Source: a virus
DNA length: 64,000 bases
IMG/VR virus record: IMGVR_UViG_3300026078_000029
Location: 3,042-67,041 of that record
Strand: one strand, 5' to 3'
A program made the position numbers and the translations under genes. Each line of letters starts with the position of its first letter. Position 1 is the first letter of the stretch. The notes below the pieces were generated by a model, which was not told where the DNA came from, did not search any database, and saw nothing but the letters and a program-made list of their open reading frames with translations. Below are positions 10,256 through 17,358 of the stretch, piece after piece.

Positions 10256-10420
10256 ATGGGAGACTTACAACAAATCATTAGCGACCTGATTAATCAGCAT
10301 GGTCAGGAAGCGGTACAAGAGGCGGTTAATAAGCATGTGGCGAATACAAGCGGGGCTACGCCTACCTGCCCAAAAGGCTATTACTGGAACGGCTCTGAAT
10401 GCGTTTTGGACGTAGGATGA
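10256..10420 (+). CDS. 54-aa peptide with C-terminal Cys loop (CPKGYYWNGSEC); absent from ORF track
   Basis: Translated by hand; A-rich leader; TGA overlaps ATG of next gene. Confidence 0.7.
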   Translation: MGDLQQIISDLINQHGQEAVQEAVNKHVANTSGATPTCPKGYYWNGSECVLDVG

Positions 10421-10788
10421 AGGCAAGGCTCATTATAACAACATTCGCGCTAATCTTATATCTGGCTTTGTTCAACCTGTATATATTTGAAATTAAGCGC
10501 CTCGATATTCAGTCCTATAAACTGTTTTACAATTACCTAACGGCAGGAATGACCGTTTTTTATGTAGCCGATTGGAAGGCAGGATTTGTAAATAGGTATC
10601 ACGAACATATAAATTTTATTTGTATATTGTGCGTATTAGTTAACTATTTAATAATAATCCTTACACATCACACAGTGTTACATCAAGATAAACCAATAGA
10701 GTTGTTCTATGCTTTTAACGGCTCGGTTTTTGCAGTTACGGTATTGATTGTTATTAACTTCATTAAGCATGGCTACTATAAAAGCTAA
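10417..10788 (+). CDS. Four-helix integral membrane protein
   Basis: Four hydrophobic stretches; ATGA-coupled to the peptide gene. Confidence 0.7.
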   Translation: MKARLIITTFALILYLALFNLYIFEIKRLDIQSYKLFYNYLTAGMTVFYVADWKAGFVNRYHEHINFICILCVLVNYLIIILTHHTVLHQDKPIELFYAFNGSVFAVTVLIVINFIKHGYYKS

Positions 10789-10789
10789 G

Positions 10790-11038
10790 ATGGCAAATTT
10801 ACCTATCCCTACTAATCAATGGTTGCAGCTTTTTGAAGACCTGTTGCCGTATTGTACCGTTTTTGGTTTATGTTGGAAAGCATTTGACCTTGTGTTTAAA
10901 TATTTTTCGGACAAGCAAAAGGAGGCCGTTAAGGAACTTATACGAACAGAAGTGAAGCCCGACATTGAAAGGCTGAACGGCAATTTTGAGAGTTTAGAGA
11001 AAGCTATTTGGGCCTTAGAGAAAAAGATCATATCATGA
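10790..11038 (+). CDS. Single-TM protein with C-terminal coiled coil (holin-like)
   Basis: LLPYCTVFGLCWKAFDLVF segment then heptad-rich tail. Confidence 0.5.
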   Translation: MANLPIPTNQWLQLFEDLLPYCTVFGLCWKAFDLVFKYFSDKQKEAVKELIRTEVKPDIERLNGNFESLEKAIWALEKKIIS

Positions 11039-11427
11039 AACTCAGCGTCCTTTGCCTCGATGACGAACCCGTAATCCTTGAATGGATGAGGCACGTATTT
11101 GAAGATGAGGTGTACGACCTGAAAACCTTCAAAGAGCCGCAGGAATTTATAGCTGCATTCACTGCCGACACCGACCTTGTCATTACCGATATGCGCGTAC
11201 CTGGTTACGACCTGTACTCTACGCTCGAACACTTCCACGAGATCAATAAGGGTGTTTACATTATTGTTATTTCGGCCTACTTCGACGATGCTATTTACGA
11301 ACGGCTGTTTGAACTTGGCGTTGACCGTGTGATACAAAAAAATAAGCCAGAATGGATTCATAAGATCGGGCAGTATGTCAATGAGCTGTTTCCACGTATC
11401 CATCAACGCGCGCAATTATCACAGTAA
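11035..11427 (+). CDS. Stand-alone CheY-like response regulator receiver domain
   Basis: LDDEP acidic pocket, ITDMRVPG phospho-acceptor Asp, ISAY switch Ser, IQK Lys all present. Confidence 0.9.
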   Translation: MKLSVLCLDDEPVILEWMRHVFEDEVYDLKTFKEPQEFIAAFTADTDLVITDMRVPGYDLYSTLEHFHEINKGVYIIVISAYFDDAIYERLFELGVDRVIQKNKPEWIHKIGQYVNELFPRIHQRAQLSQ

Positions 11428-11582
11428 TGGATGCGGGGCTTATTACTCTGGTTTTGGCTATCATAGGTTTTGCAGCAGGGTTTATTAAACTTTACGTAGA
11501 CAATGTGGATTTGAAAAGGGAGTTAGAACGAAAGGACGAGAAGATCGCTGAATTAAAAGAGTTTATAAAAGACTCGAAATGA
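11427..11582 (+). CDS. 51-aa single-TM plus coiled-coil protein; absent from ORF track
   Basis: MDAGLITLVLAIIGFAAGFIKLYVDNVDLKRELERKDEKIAELKEFIKDSK; TAATG-coupled. Confidence 0.65.
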   Translation: MDAGLITLVLAIIGFAAGFIKLYVDNVDLKRELERKDEKIAELKEFIKDSK

Positions 11583-11600
11583 ATTTGTAACTTTATTAGC

Positions 11601-13436
11601 ATGAAACGATTACTCTCCCTAATTATTTTCCTTCTCCCCCTATTCACCCATGCCCAATACATCTCCGGTTGCGGCCCGTACACCACTTCGGGGCCAATAA
11701 CACTCGCGTCTAATACCACAGTAAGCGGCAAGTTGATTGACCTCGCAGGCGCGAATACAGTAGGTATAACAGGCAACGGCGTTACCAACGTTCATATCAC
11801 CAAGTGTAAGATCATCAATAACACCAACTTCGGCATTTTACTTAATGGCTGTACCAATATCACAATTGACTCTTGCTATATTTCTAACGTTGGTTTCGGA
11901 GTATACGCGCAATCAGGGTCGTCGCAGATAAAAGTTAATGGCAATTACTTTCTGAATATCAACGGCATCAGCACCGCCTTTCTCGGGCATGCGGTTCAGT
12001 TTAATGGCGTTAATGGCGGTGGTAGCCAAATCAATAATAATAGGGTAGAGAACATTGCGGGCGTGGCAATCCATCCTCACGATATGCTGAACGTTTACCA
12101 ATCTAATGGCCTGCCGGGCGACTCCATACAGGTTATAGGAAACTGGGTAAGAGGAGGACAGTACTACTTCTGGCCAGACGCTAATAGTGGCGCAGCGGGG
12201 ATTATTATGGGGGATGTGGGCGGGTCATACCAAGTATGCAGGAATAACATACTCGTTAATACAGGATATTCCGGCATTCAATGCAACGGCACAGGAACGC
12301 ATATTAAGATTGATCATAACCAAATGTTCAGCACCTATGCGCCGGTATCGCATCAGGCAATCACTATTTTAGATGCTAATCAGATTGAATGCAGTTATAA
12401 CCAAACGAACTGGACGAACTATAATAACCTGAATGTGCTTTATTCAGACGGGGAGACGCAATACTACCTCGGGTCAACTCCGTCACCGACTCCTGTAGGC
12501 TTTGCTACCAATACTTGGAAAGCGAACATTACGGCGAATATTCTGCCATCTTCGCTGATTCCAGCCTGCGGGACTACGGCAACTCGGCCAAACATAGCAT
12601 ACAATCCGACTATCTACATCTTTACGGTTGGCGTTTCAGCATCCATAGGCGCGCCAACGAATAGTGGGGGCAATGGGACGTTTAGCGTATCGCCTGCGTT
12701 GCCTACTGGGCTTACATTGAGTTCTACGGGCGCAATCTCGGGAGTGCCGTCAGTGGCAACGGCGCAGGGGGTGTATACAGTTAGTTGTGTGAATAGCGGT
12801 GGCAGCAGCTCTGTCCCCTTGCAGATCACAATAAATAATCCTGTTGTAGCTGTTCCAAAAATAACGTACAATCCTAATACGGTAAATGTAACCGTTAGCA
12901 GCACTATACCGACCTTGAACCCTTCAAGCAGTGGGGGCGCGGTAGCAAGTTGGGGAATCTCACCATCTTTACCAAGCAATTTGACATTCGTTAACGGAGT
13001 AATTTCCGGGCAGGCTTTAACTACCCAGGCATCTACGCCATATGTTGTGAGCGCAACCAATGCAAGTGGCGTATCTAATGCCACCGTTTATATCCAGGTA
13101 AATCCGCAGCCTCCGTTAGCACCGTCAATAAGTTATCCGGCTTCGAGTTATGCATTACAACAGAATACAAGTATAACCATTCAGCCCACAAATAGTGGGG
13201 GAGTTGGGATGTATGCCGTTACGGCGGGGAGTCTTCCCGCTTCGTTGAGTCTAAATTCACAAACAGGCGTTATTCAAGGTAGTTTAACGGCCATACAGAG
13301 TCCGACGAATGTGACAATAACCTGTACGAATGCCACCGGCAGCAGCCCATTTGTAATTAGCTTTGGGGTTAATGCTGCACCGACCAATCACTGGTTTCTG
13401 ATCAACAATACATGGTTCGGGCCTGTGTTTCAGTAG
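11601..13436 (+). CDS. Secreted right-handed beta-helix protein with three putative Ig (He_PIG-like) domains; possible polysaccharide-binding/depolymerase
   Basis: Signal peptide MKRLLSLIIFLLPLFTHA/Q; Asn-ladder beta-helix repeats; three LP-x-x-L-x-x-x-x-G-x-I-x-G repeats. Confidence 0.75.
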   Translation: MKRLLSLIIFLLPLFTHAQYISGCGPYTTSGPITLASNTTVSGKLIDLAGANTVGITGNGVTNVHITKCKIINNTNFGILLNGCTNITIDSCYISNVGFGVYAQSGSSQIKVNGNYFLNINGISTAFLGHAVQFNGVNGGGSQINNNRVENIAGVAIHPHDMLNVYQSNGLPGDSIQVIGNWVRGGQYYFWPDANSGAAGIIMGDVGGSYQVCRNNILVNTGYSGIQCNGTGTHIKIDHNQMFSTYAPVSHQAITILDANQIECSYNQTNWTNYNNLNVLYSDGETQYYLGSTPSPTPVGFATNTWKANITANILPSSLIPACGTTATRPNIAYNPTIYIFTVGVSASIGAPTNSGGNGTFSVSPALPTGLTLSSTGAISGVPSVATAQGVYTVSCVNSGGSSSVPLQITINNPVVAVPKITYNPNTVNVTVSSTIPTLNPSSSGGAVASWGISPSLPSNLTFVNGVISGQALTTQASTPYVVSATNASGVSNATVYIQVNPQPPLAPSISYPASSYALQQNTSITIQPTNSGGVGMYAVTAGSLPASLSLNSQTGVIQGSLTAIQSPTNVTITCTNATGSSPFVISFGVNAAPTNHWFLINNTWFGPVFQ

Positions 13437-13485
13437 CCTTTCACGCGCTGTGCTAAGCGCTTTTTCATAGGTAATAAATTGGTAG

Positions 13486-13514
13486 AGTCTTGGCGCGAGG
13501 TCAGGACTTTTTTT
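13486..13514 (+). terminator. Intrinsic terminator
   Basis: AGTCTTG/CAGGACT stem plus T tract. Confidence 0.6.
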
Positions 13515-13558
13515 GTATATTTACAACGAGCAATGTAGCTCAATTAAAATCTTACATT

Positions 13559-14068
13559 ATGTCACGTATCACAAAACAGATAGCTGAAGCTGTCGCCAAT
13601 CAACTTGTTTTACCTAAAAGGCAAGAACTTCAAAAGGAAGAACAAAAATTACATCAAATTACTACCGACATTTATTTAAAGCACATTCCGTCACAGGTAA
13701 TGGATGCTTATGATAAGTATCATGAATGGTTTAATAAAACCGAATCCGTTTATTTAAACACTAACGGTTTTAATTATGAATATTTAGCGTTAACAAAAAA
13801 TTATCCAAAACAACGTAATAAATACCCTGAGTTTACAGCCGCTGAATCAGCCAAAATAAGAGTTCAATTTGACATAGTGGCCGATTTGAAAAAATCAATA
13901 GAAAAGTTAAAATTTGATATTGAAACCGCTGTATTTAATTTACGTACTTATAGCAATGTCGAAAAAGAATTTCCAGAGGCGTTTAAATTGTTACCAGCTA
14001 AACAAACAACTGCGCTGATAGTTAATTTAAAAGACATTCGCTGTCAACTGGACAAAGCAAACTGCTAA
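13559..14068 (+). CDS. Nmad5-like (nucleotide-modification-associated domain) protein
   Basis: RITKQIAEAV...IP...L..IETAVFNLRTYSNVEKEFPEA pattern; low GC, own promoter-like box and terminator. Confidence 0.6.
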   Translation: MSRITKQIAEAVANQLVLPKRQELQKEEQKLHQITTDIYLKHIPSQVMDAYDKYHEWFNKTESVYLNTNGFNYEYLALTKNYPKQRNKYPEFTAAESAKIRVQFDIVADLKKSIEKLKFDIETAVFNLRTYSNVEKEFPEAFKLLPAKQTTALIVNLKDIRCQLDKANC

Positions 14069-14098
14069 AGGTTTGTAAGATTTCCAATAGTAGCTAAG

Positions 14099-14123
14099 AG
14101 CCTCATTAACTTGGGGCTTTTTT
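14099..14123 (+). terminator. Intrinsic terminator
   Basis: AGCCTCA/TGGGGCT stem plus T tract. Confidence 0.6.
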
Positions 14124-14152
14124 ATTTCCAAAACTTTTCCTTAAATTAGTAT

Positions 14153-14245
14153 ATGGATAAACCTACGCTCTATAGCATCCTTCTTTGGGCAGCATTACTC
14201 ATAATGTCTATTGGTGTTCCAATTTGGTTAATGCTCACTAACTGA
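14153..14245 (+). CDS. 30-aa transmembrane peptide
   Basis: MDKPTLYSILLWAALLIMSIGVPIWLMLTN, translated by hand. Confidence 0.5.
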   Translation: MDKPTLYSILLWAALLIMSIGVPIWLMLTN

Positions 14246-14246
14246 T

Positions 14247-14381
14247 ATGAACGACCAATACCTCCGCTTTCACCTCCCGCCTAATCCATTCCTATGGCTA
14301 CTGTTCGGCTTGGTTATCCTCTGCCTTTTCATACTGATTGGCGATAAGATGTTGAGTGTTTGGAATTATGGATTAGAGTAA
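14247..14381 (+). CDS. 44-aa transmembrane peptide
   Basis: Contains FLWLLFGLVILCLFILIG; translated by hand. Confidence 0.5.
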   Translation: MNDQYLRFHLPPNPFLWLLFGLVILCLFILIGDKMLSVWNYGLE

Positions 14382-14393
14382 GTAACTTTAGAT

Positions 14394-14486
14394 ATGGTAC
14401 TCACACTTTTCCTTATTGCATTTGCCCTGTTCATTTTCTTGACGGGCCTCTGTATGGAGTTGGATGAAAGGCAGGGGAGAAGATGA
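14394..14486 (+). CDS. 30-aa transmembrane peptide coupled to endolysin
   Basis: MVLTLFLIAFALFIFLTGLCMELDERQGRR; ATGA overlap with lysin start. Confidence 0.5.
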   Translation: MVLTLFLIAFALFIFLTGLCMELDERQGRR

Positions 14487-15115
14487 TACGCGGAACAGAC
14501 CGATCTCACTGGAATGCAAAAGTCTCGTTGTCCGATTTGGTAGCAAAAGGTGTAAAATTTATCTGGTTCAAATCAACTCAGGCAGACACCTACCAAGACC
14601 CGACGTTTAACACTTCATGGCAAGAGGCTAAAGCAACTACTGGCCTTATTCGAGGGGCCTATCATTTCTTTGACCCTCGTATTGACGGCATAATCCAGGC
14701 TAAGCATTATTTAGCTACAGGCATCAACTTTTCAAACGAGGGTTGCCTTATGCCTTGTGTTGACGTAGAAGACCTCACAGGCAGTGACGCGGCTCAAGCT
14801 AACAGATGGGTTGCTGTTAACTATAAGATCGCTATAACGCGCCTAAATGACTTCTTGGGCTATGTTAAAGAGCACACTAACAGGGATTGCATGATCTATA
14901 CGTACAATAACTATCCTAAAGAGTATTTTCACGGATATGGGTTTCCAGTTAACCCGATGTGGCTATCTTCGCTACAGACCAACTGTCCCAACCGATATGA
15001 TACCGGGAAGCAGCCTGAATTTTGGCAGTGGACGTACAATTGGAATGGGACGGATATGGATGGTAACTATTTTACAGGCACACAGGACGAGTTAAATAAA
15101 TTGGCAAACTTGTAG
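14483..15115 (+). CDS. GH25 muramidase endolysin
   Basis: GTDRSHWN, GAYHFF, DVE catalytic motif, FWQWT, DMDGN. Confidence 0.9.
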   Translation: MIRGTDRSHWNAKVSLSDLVAKGVKFIWFKSTQADTYQDPTFNTSWQEAKATTGLIRGAYHFFDPRIDGIIQAKHYLATGINFSNEGCLMPCVDVEDLTGSDAAQANRWVAVNYKIAITRLNDFLGYVKEHTNRDCMIYTYNNYPKEYFHGYGFPVNPMWLSSLQTNCPNRYDTGKQPEFWQWTYNWNGTDMDGNYFTGTQDELNKLANL

Positions 15116-15136
15116 TATATTTAAAATAAAAAAACA

Positions 15137-15367
15137 ATGGAACAATCAAAATTCTTATCACTGAACTGGGGAGATGTGCTAAAGGGTCTTATCATGGCAG
15201 TTGGCACACCTGCATTGCTGATTATTCAACAAGCCATAGCAAATGGACAGTTTGTATTCAATTGGAAGCAAATCGGCATGGCGGCTATCGCGGGGGGCGT
15301 GGCTTATTTACTGAAAAACTTCTTTACGCCTCCTGCGTCGAAGTCGGATAGCCCGGTGGCGAAATAA
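15137..15367 (+). CDS. Holin (2 TM)
   Basis: SKFLSLNWGDVLKGLIMAV...AGGVAYLLKNFFT; follows lysin. Confidence 0.75.
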   Translation: MEQSKFLSLNWGDVLKGLIMAVGTPALLIIQQAIANGQFVFNWKQIGMAAIAGGVAYLLKNFFTPPASKSDSPVAK

Positions 15368-15381
15368 ATCACAAACTAATT

Positions 15382-16065
15382 TCAAGTTCCTTGCCATGCC
15401 GACCCCCAATTGCAACTATTATTGTCTTTTGGATATGGCAAAGGGGCGTGTTTTAGTTTATTAATAATATTCTTCCTTTGCTTTTTATGGAGTATATATA
15501 AATATCTGTGTTTTTTCTTGGTTTCAATTCTTCTATAATTTGGATCTATTTTAAGAAGTTCAACGGTATTGATAGTCCCAAATTTAGCCACTACACTTCT
15601 TGGATGCATTATTTCGCCGTTTATTTGATGTAAGTACCCTTTAATAAGCATCGTATTATTCCCTTGATAAATCCAATTAGTTGCTTGATAAATTACTCCA
15701 ACATGCCCAGCCATTGGGTCGGAATAGCTTATTAATACTTTTATTGATGTGTGCTGCCTTAGCCAATCAAATGTCATAGCTATAAAATGGGATTCTGAAT
15801 TTTTAGGTTCTTCGTCCCTTAGCCATAATCTTGTCAATTCCAATACCTCATTATTTTCAAGGTCTACAGTTATACTTTTCACGGTTTGGCGACCGATCGG
15901 GAAACCATATATGGCTATTCCGCATAGCTCGTCAATGTCATTGAATAGGCCTATTGAATATCTACATGAAGTCCATTTGTGAGAATAATGGTTTTTTATT
16001 ATAGTAGCTTTGGCTACTTCCTTATCTATAATGGAGATGTGATAATTCTTCATTAGTCCGGTCAT
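15382..16065 (-). CDS. mom: Mom-like adenine modification enzyme (GNAT-fold)
   Basis: NHYSHK, LELTRLWL, NSESHFI, LISYSDP..GHVGVIYQATNWIYQG motifs. Confidence 0.8.
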   Translation of the reverse strand: MTGLMKNYHISIIDKEVAKATIIKNHYSHKWTSCRYSIGLFNDIDELCGIAIYGFPIGRQTVKSITVDLENNEVLELTRLWLRDEEPKNSESHFIAMTFDWLRQHTSIKVLISYSDPMAGHVGVIYQATNWIYQGNNTMLIKGYLHQINGEIMHPRSVVAKFGTINTVELLKIDPNYRRIETKKKHRYLYILHKKQRKNIINKLKHAPLPYPKDNNSCNWGSAWQGT

Positions 16066-16244
16066 CTTATTAAGATATAAAACTCTATATTATTTTCTTT
16101 TTGACTTTTAAATATACCTTCAGTAATAGCCATTTCACATAGCGTTCGTGCTTTTATTCTTGATATTTGGAATGATTGGCAAATATCATCAACTGTTATG
16201 CGTTCTGGATTTAACAATTTTATCCTATCAAGTATGATTTCCAT
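16062..16244 (-). CDS. Small winged-helix-like protein
   Basis: ITVDDICQSFQISRIKARTLCEMA HTH-like pattern; coupled to mom. Confidence 0.45.
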   Translation of the reverse strand: MEIILDRIKLLNPERITVDDICQSFQISRIKARTLCEMAITEGIFKSQKENNIEFYILIR

Positions 16245-16308
16245 ATCATTTAAGTTTTAAAAAAAACCGGATGATTAGTCCGGTTCTGAAAAAGTCGGTG
16301 CGGGGGAG

Positions 16309-16797
16309 TTACACAGCCGAAACTGGTGTAGTCGGCAAACTAACCAACTTAATTTCCTTATTTCTAAAGAACTCATTATAGACAAATTCTATCACGGTAC
16401 TTATTATTCCAAATGGTGTAGCAGAGCCTGTTAGAACGTCTGCAACAACCTGCGCGCCTGTAGATAACACTCTATCCCATTCGCTGTCTTGTAGGCTCTT
16501 TAAATGCTCTTGTATGACAACTATCAAATCTTCCAACGTCGCCGGAACGGTTAACTTCCAGTAATTAGCTAAAACGGATAGCGACGAATACAGCAGATCG
16601 GCATTGATTGGCAAATTGGCCTGTAATGTAGCGATGGTCAGCTTCGGATCTTGCCCGATAAATTGTTGTAAGATGTTGATAATACCTGAACCGTTTTTAA
16701 TCTGTTCCTGGATTTGTGAAGGGATGTGATTCCATGCCCGGCGGGTGGCTGAAAAGATGCTCGTGAATAGTTCGCCTAAAAAAGAGAAGATGCTCAT
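16309..16797 (-). CDS. Hypothetical helical protein with amphipathic N-terminus
   Basis: ORF with A-rich start; followed by hairpin near 16265-16284. Confidence 0.5.
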   Translation of the reverse strand: MSIFSFLGELFTSIFSATRRAWNHIPSQIQEQIKNGSGIINILQQFIGQDPKLTIATLQANLPINADLLYSSLSVLANYWKLTVPATLEDLIVVIQEHLKSLQDSEWDRVLSTGAQVVADVLTGSATPFGIISTVIEFVYNEFFRNKEIKLVSLPTTPVSAV

Positions 16798-16826
16798 TTG
16801 ATTTGAATTTAATTGTTTATGTAAAG

Positions 16827-17060
16827 TTATGATTTGTTTACTGCATTATAGGCATCCATATCCACAATTACAAGCACTGGGCGATACCTTTTGTTATCGT
16901 TTATGATATTCATTGCGACTTCAGCAGGCACTCCCATTTTCACATATCCATTACGGCCTTTTACATCGCAACTTACCATTTCAAAGCAGCATCCTGCTTT
17001 TGCTGTTTTATCCTTATCATCTTGCTGATTAAGGATGTCGAGTGTTTCAAATAGTCTCAT
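16827..17060 (-). CDS. Hypothetical phage protein
   Basis: ORF in leftward small-gene array. Confidence 0.5.
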   Translation of the reverse strand: MRLFETLDILNQQDDKDKTAKAGCCFEMVSCDVKGRNGYVKMGVPAEVAMNIINDNKRYRPVLVIVDMDAYNAVNKS

Positions 17061-17067
17061 ATATTTT

Positions 17068-17358
17068 TTAATTTGTTGGTTTCTTAGGTTGCTCCTTAAC
17101 CGGATGAAATTTCATGTACTGACTGCGAAGCACAGAGTCTATGTGCAATACAGCCGCATGATAAGCATTGTAATCCTTCGTGCTAATCTTGTCGGAATTA
17201 CCCGCTGCGACTTCGCCAAAGTAGAGTAATTGGCTAATCTGGCTGACCTGGCTCTCTGTGAGCTTGTAGTACATAATCGGAGTGTCCTTTTTAGTTGTTT
17301 GCGCAAATCCGGCTAATGCTGCAAAAGCCAGAGCGAGTGTTATGGTGGTTCGTTTCAT
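17068..17358 (-). CDS. Small secreted protein
   Basis: MKRTTITLALAFAALAGFA/Q signal peptide. Confidence 0.6.
   Translation of the reverse strand: MKRTTITLALAFAALAGFAQTTKKDTPIMYYKLTESQVSQISQLLYFGEVAAGNSDKISTKDYNAYHAAVLHIDSVLRSQYMKFHPVKEQPKKPTN

Noticed and set aside
10816-11415. 199-aa minus-strand ORF and other antisense ORFs overlapping long genes
   Set aside because: Shadow frames of well-supported genes on the opposite strand
10256-11427. Canonical agr quorum-sensing locus
   Set aside because: No histidine kinase, no LytTR output domain and no AgrB motifs recognised
4810-13436. Type IX secretion cargo
   Set aside because: C-termini lack a recognisable T9SS C-terminal domain, so only Sec export is supported
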